Positions 1 through 8,815 of a DNA stretch of 53,710 nt are shown one piece after another; the first letter of the stretch is position 1; each line of letters opens with the position of its first letter. Both the position numbers and the translations under genes were made by a program. The stretch is taken from the NCBI GenBank assembly GCA_945837185.1, contig CAMAMZ010000001.1, forward strand, positions 1 to 53,710. Direction: 5' to 3'. Below the pieces are notes generated by a model. That model made no database searches and was not told where the DNA came from. It worked only from the letters and a program-made list of their open reading frames with translations. The stretch comes from an uncultured Bacteroidales bacterium. Its GTDB lineage: Bacteria > Bacteroidota > Bacteroidia > Bacteroidales > Bacteroidaceae.

Positions 1-45
1 TGAAACAACGCTTATTTCCGTATCTTGTACCTTAATTTTTGCCAT
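1..45 (-). CDS. 5' end of probable KilA-N domain DNA-binding protein (partial, runs off window)
   Basis: ATG at 45-43 reads MAKIKVQDTEISVVS, which resembles the N-terminus I recall for Bacteroidales KilA-N proteins (MAKIKVQxTEVTV...). Only 15 codons are visible. Confidence 0.55.
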   Translation of the reverse strand, partial: MAKIKVQDTEISVVS

Positions 46-54
46 AATTCAAAT

Positions 55-84
55 TTTAATTACCTCGAATTCGGAGTATTTAAA
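55..84. repeat. 30-bp imperfect palindrome centred on CGAATTCG, 9 bp upstream of the KilA-N-like ATG
   Basis: TTTAATTACCTCGAA/TTCGGAGTATTTAAA; 12 of 15 positions pair. Confidence 0.8.
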
Positions 85-288
85 TATGTTGTTATGTTTT
101 ATGCTATATACATCCATTAGCTCCAGAAACTCGTATAACCCGAATTGAGTCTGTCCTTCATTTCCTTCAACTTGGCAATCGAAACGGATTCAACAGGATT
201 CTCCTCACCAGATTTATCTAAATCTTATCTGGAAATTCAGGTCCATATAATACTTTCCTGCTTTCTCTCTGAAAAGTAAGTAGTATTG

Positions 289-1788
289 TCATTCCTTGTG
301 AGCTTCTTCCATCAGTTGGCGGAGACGGTTCACCACGTCGGGATGTTGCGCTGCCACGTCGTGTTCCTCCCGTATGTCTTCTTCCAGGTTGTAGAGTTGC
401 AGCTTTGTGTTGCCTTTCTGTATGTTGGTGATGATGCCTTTCCACTTGCCCATGCGAATGGCCTTGTTGCCAATCTCGGTGTCGGGATATTCCCAATACA
501 GGTAGGGGTGCTGCTTCTGTCGCCCTTCCTTGCCCAACAAAGTAGGCAGGAAACTGATGCCATCGGTAGGTGGACAAGGCACACCGGCTACTTCGGCCAA
601 GGTGGGCATGACATCTTGAAAGGCACTGATATGGTCGCTTTCCGTGCCCGGAGCAATATGTCCGTGCCATGTGGCAATGGTGGGAACACGTATACCTCCC
701 TCATGCAGGAAACACTTACCCCAGCCATACGTGGCCTTAAAGGGACCTCCGCTATTGAACCAAGGCGAATCGGTTCCACCGTTGAAGGTAGGTCCGTTGT
801 CGGAAGTGAAGATGATGAGCGTGTTGTCGTAGCGCTTTTCTCTTTTCAACTTTTCCACCAAGCGACCCACTTGTTCATCGAAATAGCTCACCATGGCAGC
901 GTATGTGGCATGCGGATAGCGACAAGGGTGGAAGCCTGCATTACCGATGTAAGGCTCTTCGTCGCCAAACTTCTCGACATAGTGCTTAACCCAGCGTTCC
1001 GGAGCCTGCAGAGACAGGTGTGGCAAAGGGGTTGTCCACATCAGGAAGAAAGGTTGTGCGCGAGCCGTGTCGACAAACTGCATAAGTTCGTTAAAAATCA
1101 AATCGTTGGCATATTCCTTCTGGGTGTAGGGCGCATAATAGTTGGGGTCGCGTGGGTTTCCTTCCTTCGGTACTCCCGCATGTGGGTTGGTTACCTTGTT
1201 CGACAAGTAAACCCGTTCCTCGTTCTTGTAGAGGAAAGGAGGGTAATAGGTGTGTGCCTGACGCTGGCAGTTATAGCCATAAAAGCAATCGAAACCTTGC
1301 TTGTTGGGCGTTCCTTCAGAACCGGGGTAACCCAAGCCCCATTTCCCGAAGCATCCGGTGGTATAGCCTGCTTGTTGCAACATGCGGCCGAGGGTCATGG
1401 TGTTGGCACGCAGGGGGAACTGTCCTTCCAGTTCCTTGTGCACAAACATGGAGTCGTAGTTGTGTATAGGGCCACGTTTAGCAAGTTCGTTGTTGACACG
1501 TATTTGCGTGTGGCCAGAGTGAAGCCCCGTCATCAGAACACAACGCGAGGGCGCCGATACAGGTGCACCGGCATAGTGTTGTGTCAGTTTGATACCTTCC
1601 CGACATAGCTGGTCGATGTGGGGCGTTTCAATCTTCTCCTGTCCGAAGCACCCTAAATCGCCATAGCCCAAATCATCCATGATAATATAAATAATGTTGG
1701 GGCGTGTGGGTGCCTTCTGTCCTTGTAGCGTACAGCCGCACAAGGTGGAGAGTAGGATGCAAAGGTTTCGTTGCTTCGTCATTGCCAT
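289..1788 (-). CDS. S1-family sulfatase (Ser-type formylglycine motif), secreted
   Basis: RPNIIYIIMDDLGYGD, SAPSR catalytic motif, GKWGLG, FTSDNG and LHEGGIRVP; hydrophobic N-terminus. Confidence 0.95.
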   Translation of the reverse strand: MAMTKQRNLCILLSTLCGCTLQGQKAPTRPNIIYIIMDDLGYGDLGCFGQEKIETPHIDQLCREGIKLTQHYAGAPVSAPSRCVLMTGLHSGHTQIRVNNELAKRGPIHNYDSMFVHKELEGQFPLRANTMTLGRMLQQAGYTTGCFGKWGLGYPGSEGTPNKQGFDCFYGYNCQRQAHTYYPPFLYKNEERVYLSNKVTNPHAGVPKEGNPRDPNYYAPYTQKEYANDLIFNELMQFVDTARAQPFFLMWTTPLPHLSLQAPERWVKHYVEKFGDEEPYIGNAGFHPCRYPHATYAAMVSYFDEQVGRLVEKLKREKRYDNTLIIFTSDNGPTFNGGTDSPWFNSGGPFKATYGWGKCFLHEGGIRVPTIATWHGHIAPGTESDHISAFQDVMPTLAEVAGVPCPPTDGISFLPTLLGKEGRQKQHPYLYWEYPDTEIGNKAIRMGKWKGIITNIQKGNTKLQLYNLEEDIREEHDVAAQHPDVVNRLRQLMEEAHKE

Positions 1789-1803
1789 ATATTCTTAAAC
1801 TTG

Positions 1804-3654
1804 TCAGCGTTTCTTGCGCGGTTTCCGCCTTGCCCATCCCTCTTCGGAAAAGTCGGGCTCCTCGCCTCTCAACTTGAAAGGCGCATTGCTAATCAGTTCA
1901 CGCCAATCTTCTTTTGAGGCCTGTTGCTTTCGGTTGTTACGAACTTTGCCACCGGTAGGATTCCCCTGTCGGGATTTCGATGCCGCCTTCCCCTCCTGTG
2001 CCTTGCGGCCATGACCAGCCTCATCGGCATCGTTGCAACGCACCTCTCTTCCTTTGTAGAAGGTGCCGTTGAGAGCCCGCATCACTTTGGGGGCATCATC
2101 TTGCGGCACTTCTATATAGCAGAACTTCTCGAGGAGGTCTATGTGCCCAACCTCCTGCCGCCCTTTGATATGGCGGTTGAGATACTGCATGATTTCTCCC
2201 GGGTAGAATCCGTCAGCCTTGCCAATATTGATGAAGAGGCGCTGGAAGCCAGCCTCTGTCTCGTGCTTGCGACGACCGTTCGACACCTTCCCTTTTGTGC
2301 CTTTCCCCTCAGGCGTGCGCTTGGAAGAGGGTTTCTCTATCTCCGGAGCATTCTTATAGTAGTTCAGGAAGCGACCAAAAGTAATGGTCACCATCTTCTT
2401 CAAGATGTCTTCCTTGTCGATATATTCAAACTGGCGGTTTATCTCTGTCATGTAAGGCCCAATCTGCTCGTCGTCGACATCAGTCTTCATGATGTCGTCC
2501 ATCACCTTATAGAGCTGTTTCTTGCAGATTTCCTCGGCCGAAGGCAGTGTGCCGTCGATGAATTTCTTGCCAATCTCGCGTTCAATGTTGCGCACCTTCG
2601 TCTTCTCCCGTGTATGGATGATGGAGATAGAGGTGCCCTTCTTGCCAGCCCGTCCTGTGCGTCCGCTGCGATGTGTATAGTTCTCGATATCGTCGGGCAG
2701 GCCGTAGTTGATGACGTGTGTAAGGTCGTCGACGTCCAGACCTCGGGCTGCCACATCGGTAGCCACTAAGAGTTGGACCGTGTGTTGGCGGAACTTCTGC
2801 ATGGTGAGGTCGCGTTGCTGTTGCGACAAGTCGCCGTGCAGTGCCTCCGCATTGTAGCCGTCTTTGATGAGCTTGTCGGCAATTTCCTGCGTCTCTATCT
2901 TGGTGCGGCAGAAGATGATGGCAAAGATACGCGGGTGATAGTCGACGACACGTTTCAGCGCCAGGTATTTGTCTTTAGAGTGCACCATATAATAGATGTG
3001 GTTCACGTTTTCAGCCCCCTCATTGCGGCTTCCCACAACAATCTCCTTATAATCGTGTAGGTAGCTCTTGGCAATCTTCTCTATCTCCCGGCTCATAGTT
3101 GCCGAGAAAAGCAAGGTGTTACGGTCGGCAGGCACTCCCTCAAAAATCGCATTGATACTCTCTGAGAAACCCATGTTGAGCATCTCGTCGGCTTCATCGA
3201 GCACCACGTTGTTCACCTGGTCAAGACGAGCCACTCCACGATTCATCAAGTCGATGAGGCGTCCTGGTGTAGCCACAATGATTTGTACACCTTTCTTCAG
3301 CACGCGTATCTGTGCCTCAATGGAAGAGCCGCCATACACAGGGGCTATATGGATGCCCTGCATATAGTGTGCAAAGTCGTTGAGGTCGTCGGCTATCTGC
3401 AGGCATAGTTCTCGTGTGGGACTGAGAATAAGCGCCTGTGTTGCCTTGTTATCGGGATTAATTTTCTGTAGCAGGGGAATGCCAAAGGCCGCTGTCTTTC
3501 CGGTGCCGGTTTGTGCCAAGGCTATCACGTCGTTGCCATGGCCCAGCAGAAAAGGTATCACTTCTTCCTGTACGGGCATGGGATGCTCGAACCCCAGTTC
3601 GCTGATGGCGCGGCGAATATCTTCGCTGACGCCCAATTCTTCAAATGTCTTCAA
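1804..3654 (-). CDS. deaD: DEAD-box RNA helicase with C-terminal DbpA RNA-binding domain (DeaD/CsdA-like)
   Basis: AQTGTGKT, PTRELC, DEAD, SAT and HRSGRTGRAG motifs; RLFINIGK DbpA-type C-terminal domain; TTG start. Confidence 0.93.
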   Translation of the reverse strand: MKTFEELGVSEDIRRAISELGFEHPMPVQEEVIPFLLGHGNDVIALAQTGTGKTAAFGIPLLQKINPDNKATQALILSPTRELCLQIADDLNDFAHYMQGIHIAPVYGGSSIEAQIRVLKKGVQIIVATPGRLIDLMNRGVARLDQVNNVVLDEADEMLNMGFSESINAIFEGVPADRNTLLFSATMSREIEKIAKSYLHDYKEIVVGSRNEGAENVNHIYYMVHSKDKYLALKRVVDYHPRIFAIIFCRTKIETQEIADKLIKDGYNAEALHGDLSQQQRDLTMQKFRQHTVQLLVATDVAARGLDVDDLTHVINYGLPDDIENYTHRSGRTGRAGKKGTSISIIHTREKTKVRNIEREIGKKFIDGTLPSAEEICKKQLYKVMDDIMKTDVDDEQIGPYMTEINRQFEYIDKEDILKKMVTITFGRFLNYYKNAPEIEKPSSKRTPEGKGTKGKVSNGRRKHETEAGFQRLFINIGKADGFYPGEIMQYLNRHIKGRQEVGHIDLLEKFCYIEVPQDDAPKVMRALNGTFYKGREVRCNDADEAGHGRKAQEGKAASKSRQGNPTGGKVRNNRKQQASKEDWRELISNAPFKLRGEEPDFSEEGWARRKPRKKR

Positions 3655-3739
3655 TGTATCTTTGTTTAATAATGGGAATAGGATAGCCTTGTCATACCCA
3701 CAATCAGTTGCCGGAGATGCCTTTCTTTGCTATCGGTCA

Positions 3740-3830
3740 CAAAGTTACTTATTATTTGTGAGGCACACAATGAAAAGGGTCAGTTTTTTGCCTATTCTTT
3801 TTGTTGGAAGCCAATAATTCCGTAACTTTG
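3740..3830. promoter_or_regulatory. Divergent Bacteroidota sigmaA -7 boxes for deaD and gpmI
   Basis: TAACTTTG on the minus strand at 3740-3747 and on the plus strand at 3823-3830, matching the TAnnTTTG consensus. Confidence 0.7.
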
Positions 3831-3870
3831 CATACAGAATATTCTCTTATATAAATATACGTATAATCTT

Positions 3871-5388
3871 ATGGGAAAGAAAGCTTTATTGATGATTCTC
3901 GATGGATGGGGAATCGGAAAACATGGTGCAGGTGACGTCATCTATAACACTCCGACGCCTTATTTGGATTATCTGACAGCGGTGTCGGCACATGCCGAGC
4001 TGCAAGCATCAGGTGAGGATGTTGGTTTGCCCGACGGTCAGATGGGTAACTCTGAGGTGGGGCATTTGAATATTGGTGCCGGTCGCATTGTGTACCAAGA
4101 CCTCGTGAAGATTAACCGTGCTTGCAAGGATGGCTCTATCATGCAGAATCCGGGCATTGTGGCAGCCTGCACTTATGCCAAGGAGAACGGCAAGAAACTG
4201 CACCTGATGGGCTTGACCTCTGATGGTGGTGTGCACTCTTCGCTCGACCATCTGTTCAAACTGATTGAGGTGGCAAAAGAATATGGCCTTGACAAGACCT
4301 TTGTGCATTGCTTTATGGACGGACGTGATACCGACCCCAAGAGTGGTGTGGGCTTCATCAGTCAGCTCACTGAAGTGTGTGCTGCCAACGGTGCTGCCAT
4401 AGCAAGTATCGTAGGACGTTTTTATGCCATGGATCGTGACAAGCGTTGGAATCGTGTGAAGGAAGCATACGACCTGCTCGTTGAGGGCAAGGGCAAGGCT
4501 GCCGACGATATGGTGAAAGCCATGGAGGAAAGTTATGCCGAGGGTGTGACCGACGAGTTTATAAAGCCTATACACAACGCTACGGTTGATGGTACTATAG
4601 GGGAGGGCGATGTAGTGATATTCATCAACTTCCGTAACGACCGCGCCAAGGAGCTGACACAGGTGCTGACACAGCAGGATATGCCGGAAGAAGGAATGCA
4701 CACCATTCCCGGATTGCAGTATTACTGCATGACGCCTTATGATGCCAGTTTCACGGGTGTACATATCCTCTTCCCGAAAGAGAATGTGGAGAATACCTTG
4801 GGCGAGTATCTGAGTGCACAAGGAAAGCGCCAGTTGCATACAGCGGAAACAGAGAAATACGCACACGTAACCTTCTTCTTCAATGGCGGTCGTGAAGCAC
4901 CCTATGCCGGAGAAGACAGAATATTGGTTCCTTCTCCGAAGGTGGCCACCTATGACTTGAAGCCGGAGATGAGTGCCTATGAGGTGAAGGACAAACTGGT
5001 GGGTGCCATTACAACCCAGCAGTATGACTTTATCGTAGTGAACTTTGCCAATGGCGATATGGTGGGTCATACGGGTGTGTACAATGCCATTGCTAAAGCT
5101 GTACATGCTGTGGACTGCTGTGTGCGCGACGTGATAGAGGCTGCCAAGGCCAATGGCTATGAGGCGATTATCATTGCCGACCATGGCAATGCTGATAATG
5201 CCATCAACGAGGATGGCACGCCCAATACAGCCCACTCTCTCAACCCCGTGCCCTTCATTTATGTTACCGACAACAATTCGGCAACTGTGAAGAATGGCCG
5301 TTTGGCCGACGTGGCTCCTTCAATCCTGCACATCTTGGGTTTGGAACAGCCGGCTGACATGACGGGTGAGAATCTTATTGTTGACTAA
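3871..5388 (+). CDS. gpmI: 2,3-bisphosphoglycerate-independent phosphoglycerate mutase
   Basis: [43 protein letters not shown] and ADHGNA motifs. Confidence 0.98.
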   Translation: MGKKALLMILDGWGIGKHGAGDVIYNTPTPYLDYLTAVSAHAELQASGEDVGLPDGQMGNSEVGHLNIGAGRIVYQDLVKINRACKDGSIMQNPGIVAACTYAKENGKKLHLMGLTSDGGVHSSLDHLFKLIEVAKEYGLDKTFVHCFMDGRDTDPKSGVGFISQLTEVCAANGAAIASIVGRFYAMDRDKRWNRVKEAYDLLVEGKGKAADDMVKAMEESYAEGVTDEFIKPIHNATVDGTIGEGDVVIFINFRNDRAKELTQVLTQQDMPEEGMHTIPGLQYYCMTPYDASFTGVHILFPKENVENTLGEYLSAQGKRQLHTAETEKYAHVTFFFNGGREAPYAGEDRILVPSPKVATYDLKPEMSAYEVKDKLVGAITTQQYDFIVVNFANGDMVGHTGVYNAIAKAVHAVDCCVRDVIEAAKANGYEAIIIADHGNADNAINEDGTPNTAHSLNPVPFIYVTDNNSATVKNGRLADVAPSILHILGLEQPADMTGENLIVD

Positions 5389-5410
5389 TCAGTAACAGAT
5401 AGTTTTGTTT

Positions 5411-5470
5411 AAAGAAGGATGGCAGGTGCACCGTAGGGCTAAGGCCGTAGTGCTCCGGCCATCCTTTTTC
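5411..5470 (+). terminator. Long hairpin/terminator after gpmI
   Basis: AAGGATGGC...GCCATCCTT stem followed by a T-run. Confidence 0.55.
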
Positions 5471-5502
5471 TCTATATATATAATAAGGTATAGCGGTATT
5501 GT

Positions 5503-6171
5503 ATGGGAGATGTGAAAATAGAAAGCAGTTGGAAACAGTGTTTGCAACAGGAATTTGATAAGCCTTATTTCACGCAACTCACTGCGTTTGTGCGTACGGA
5601 ATATCAACGCACCTCCTGTTTTCCACCGGGAAAACTTATCTTCAATGCTTTCAACCTCTGTCCTTTCGACAAGGTGAAGGTGGTGATAATAGGTCAGGAC
5701 CCTTATCATGAGCAAGGTCAGGCCATGGGATTGAGCTTTTCCGTACCTGACGGGATAGCCATGCCACCCTCGTTGGTGAATATCTTTAAGGAGATACAAG
5801 CCGACTTAGGTGTTGCCATGCCTGCATCGGGCAATCTGACACGTTGGGCCCAACAAGGCGTGCTCCTGTTGAATGCTACCCTTACAGTGAGAGCCCATCA
5901 GGCGGCCAGTCATCAGCGAAAGGGATGGGAGACATTTACGGATGCCGTCATTAAGGTGCTTAACGAACGCTGTGAGCATTTGGTGTTTATCCTCTGGGGT
6001 GGTTATGCGCGCTCGAAGGCTGCATTGATTCATCGCGACAGGCATCTGGTATTGGAATCAGTGCATCCCTCGCCCCTGTCGGCCAACCGTGGAGGATGGT
6101 TCGGAAACCATCATTTCTCGCAGTGCAATGCCTATCTTTGTCAGCACGGTATCACGCCTATAGCATGGTAA
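5503..6171 (+). CDS. ung: Uracil-DNA glycosylase family 1
   Basis: GQDPYH, GVLLLN and HPSPLS motifs. Confidence 0.98.
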   Translation: MGDVKIESSWKQCLQQEFDKPYFTQLTAFVRTEYQRTSCFPPGKLIFNAFNLCPFDKVKVVIIGQDPYHEQGQAMGLSFSVPDGIAMPPSLVNIFKEIQADLGVAMPASGNLTRWAQQGVLLLNATLTVRAHQAASHQRKGWETFTDAVIKVLNERCEHLVFILWGGYARSKAALIHRDRHLVLESVHPSPLSANRGGWFGNHHFSQCNAYLCQHGITPIAW

Positions 6172-6211
6172 AGGCTGCAAGGTGACCATACAATCAGAAA
6201 CCACGCATGTT

Positions 6212-6814
6212 ATGATGAAGGAACTACATATTTTACAAGTTGGAAACGTATTGGTATCGCCAGATATCTTCACGGTGAAGTTTTGCTGTGACCTGGATGT
6301 GTGTCACGGTATATGCTGTGTGGAGGGCGATGCCGGAGCTCCGGTTACACTGGATGAAATAGGTGAGATAGAAGAAACATTGGACGCTGTATGGGAAGAC
6401 TTGTCTGCATCGGCACAAGCGGTGATAGACAGGCAGGGTGTGGCCTATGCCGACCCTGACGGTGATTTGGTGACAAGTATTGTAGGAGGTAAAGACTGCG
6501 TGTTTACCTGTTATGAAAAGGACTGTTGCCTCTGTGCCTTAGAGCGTGCTGCCCGTGCCGGGAAAACAAGTTTTGTGAAGCCTGTGTCGTGTGCTCTTTA
6601 CCCTATACGCGAAAAAACATTTCCCGATGGCAGTGTAGGACTGAACTATCATCGATGGCGTATTTGCAAGTGTGCAGAAGAGAAGGGACGGCAACTGAAC
6701 CTGCCACTTTACCAGTTTCTAAAGGAGCCTCTTTCCAGGCGTTTTGGCAAGGAATGGTATGAGGAGCTATGTGCCATTGCCGAGGAACTGAAAGCCCAGG
6801 GCCTGTTATCCTAA
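6212..6814 (+). CDS. DUF3109 family Cys-rich protein
   Basis: FCCDLxxCxGxCCVEGDAGAP and KPxSCxLYPIR patterns. ATG at 6212 is preferred over the upstream GTG at 6182. Confidence 0.85.
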   Translation: MMKELHILQVGNVLVSPDIFTVKFCCDLDVCHGICCVEGDAGAPVTLDEIGEIEETLDAVWEDLSASAQAVIDRQGVAYADPDGDLVTSIVGGKDCVFTCYEKDCCLCALERAARAGKTSFVKPVSCALYPIREKTFPDGSVGLNYHRWRICKCAEEKGRQLNLPLYQFLKEPLSRRFGKEWYEELCAIAEELKAQGLLS

Positions 6815-6888
6815 TGGAATGGCACCCATCGTTGGATGGTGTCATACTGTGCGTCGAGGTATTCCCCTCATGCCTTTCAATCGTTTCT

Positions 6889-7773
6889 TTAGCTTTTCCT
6901 GTAAGCAGAGGGCGACATGCCGGTGTGCTCCATGAAGAACCGGCCAAGGAAGCTCTGGTTGGGGAAATTGAGTTCTTGCGCTATCTGTTTGATGCTCATA
7001 CGGGATGTTTTCAGCAGTACCCGGATTTCCATGACAACATAACGGTCAATCCATTCGTTGGGTGTTAGTTGACTTACCTGACGAACAGTTTCTGACAGGT
7101 ATTTGGGAGTGATGCACAGTTGTTGACTGTACCAGCTCACCTTGCGCTCTGTGCGAAAATTGCGTTCCACCAGTTGGATGAAATCAGAGAATATCTGTTC
7201 TGCGCGAGATATTTTCTTGTTGTCTTCCTTGTTCATGATACGGAAAATGACATTTCCCAACTCATAAATCATGGTTGCCAGTATCATCCGTACCACATCC
7301 TTACGAAAATGATGCCCTTTTTCTTGCATCTTACGCTGCAGGATATGGAAATACTCCAGTTGTGCGTTTGCCTCCTCGGGCAGCAGTTGTGACACGGGGT
7401 GGTTGCGGGCAAATAGGAAGAGTTGGGCAAGTTCGTGCACCTCTTTGGCTATTTCGCTGAAGAAATGGGGTGAGAGCAGGAAGCCTACTCCTTGAAAGTC
7501 GTCGCTCAGTTTATAGGCATCTATCACCTGTGCGGTACTGACAAGAATCACACAGTTGGCGGTGCAAGTGTGTACTACGGTATCGACATTGTATTGTGCA
7601 GTGCCCTTTAAGCATAGGCCGACAAGGATGCTGTTCATTCTTCGCGGCTCATCGGGTAAGGGGAGCTTTGACAGGTCTTCGATAAGAAGAATGTCTTCGT
7701 CGATATGCTCACCATCATATTTGGCAAGGGCTGACCCCACTGTTATTTCCGTGAAAAGTTTGTTTGTATACAT
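6889..7773 (-). CDS. AraC-family transcriptional regulator
   Basis: C-terminal double HTH (YSQQLCITPKYLS...SIKQIAQELNFPNQSFLGRFF...GMSPSAYR). The start at 7773 avoids overlap with the upstream gene. Confidence 0.92.
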   Translation of the reverse strand: MYTNKLFTEITVGSALAKYDGEHIDEDILLIEDLSKLPLPDEPRRMNSILVGLCLKGTAQYNVDTVVHTCTANCVILVSTAQVIDAYKLSDDFQGVGFLLSPHFFSEIAKEVHELAQLFLFARNHPVSQLLPEEANAQLEYFHILQRKMQEKGHHFRKDVVRMILATMIYELGNVIFRIMNKEDNKKISRAEQIFSDFIQLVERNFRTERKVSWYSQQLCITPKYLSETVRQVSQLTPNEWIDRYVVMEIRVLLKTSRMSIKQIAQELNFPNQSFLGRFFMEHTGMSPSAYRKS

Positions 7774-7784
7774 AACAAGAACCG

Positions 7785-8696
7785 TTAATAGAAAATATGG
7801 TGAAAGGAAGGTGTGATGCGTAGACCTTCGATTTGCTGTATCTGATCGGGCGTAAAGTTTTCGTCTCCCGTTATAACCACCCAGCGATAGTAACGTGGCA
7901 CAAACAAGGTTGATGCCTGCTCGTCGGTTGTGCCATGACAAGTAAAGGAAGCACCATTGACGGTGATATGTTCACCTGGCGTGGCATCTCGTAGGGTGAG
8001 ACGGATATAACCGTAAAAGCCCTCTCCGAAGTCGTAGGCTATGCCCTGCTTGAGTGTGTGTACCGAACAAGGATGCTCAACCTGTATGTGGTAATGGAGG
8101 GGTTCGTGTGGGTAGTGGCTTATAACACGATGGTTCAGTGCCGTGTGTGGTATGGCAGGAGGAAGCCAGCAGGCTGTGGCAATGTGTTGTGTGTAGCCAT
8201 CATCGGGTTGTGCATAACAGTCATGACATTCCCTGTTTGCCGTTATGGTAATGCCGGAAGGTCGGCATAGCCAGTTGTCCGCATCCCTATGCGCAAAGGG
8301 AAGTCCGTTTCGGTGTAGCCCGTAAATATCCACGGCGAGTGTCTGTAATTGGTTTGGAGGGGCAGGTGCACAGAGAATGGCCACCGTATTGCTATCAGCC
8401 CGTGTATAATTGCTCACGTCAAATTGAAAGGTGTAGATGGCGCCTGCTTCCTGAAGTTGGTTGTTGGTCGAAATGTTGGGGGTGAGAGGAATTTCGTTGA
8501 AATAGAGTTTGATGTTGCAGGCAGTGGTGATGCTGATGTGCGTAGTGAGGGGACGTTGGTGTGTGAGGAAGGTGCGGTGAAACCACAAAGCTTCATGTGG
8601 AGAGGCAAAGGGTGATGCCATCCACTCCATTGCAGTGATTTGCGCATGGAGCGATAGAGCCTGCAGCAGCATGAAAAAGCAAAATATTCTGGTCAT
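7785..8696 (-). CDS. Secreted protein resembling the N-terminal beta-domains of GH78 alpha-L-rhamnosidases, no catalytic domain
   Basis: Signal peptide; WMASP...LWFHRTF and YDFGEGFYGYIRLTL motifs; only 303 aa. Confidence 0.6.
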   Translation of the reverse strand: MTRIFCFFMLLQALSLHAQITAMEWMASPFASPHEALWFHRTFLTHQRPLTTHISITTACNIKLYFNEIPLTPNISTNNQLQEAGAIYTFQFDVSNYTRADSNTVAILCAPAPPNQLQTLAVDIYGLHRNGLPFAHRDADNWLCRPSGITITANRECHDCYAQPDDGYTQHIATACWLPPAIPHTALNHRVISHYPHEPLHYHIQVEHPCSVHTLKQGIAYDFGEGFYGYIRLTLRDATPGEHITVNGASFTCHGTTDEQASTLFVPRYYRWVVITGDENFTPDQIQQIEGLRITPSFHHIFY

Positions 8697-8718
8697 AGTC
8701 CTAACTTCCCCAATAGAT

Positions 8719-8765
8719 TTCGCCCCTACAGGAAATGTGGGCATGAAGCTACCTGTAGGGGCGAA
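8719..8765. terminator. Perfect 14-bp-stem hairpin downstream of gyrB
   Basis: TTCGCCCCTACAGG (8719-8732) and CCTGTAGGGGCGAA (8752-8765), 19-nt loop. Confidence 0.65.
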
Positions 8766-8815
8766 GTTGATATCGTTTCAAGTGAATCCGTCAAAACAAT
8801 TGTCAACAAACTGTT

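Noticed and set aside
286-1608. 440-aa plus-strand ORF (likewise 4009-5235, 9371-10516, 34409-35854, 37470-38222)
   Set aside because: Antisense shadows of well-supported genes, with no recognisable motifs.
7774-7941. Long N-terminal extension of the AraC ORF
   Set aside because: It overlaps the upstream gene on the same strand; the ATG at 7773 fits the operon spacing.
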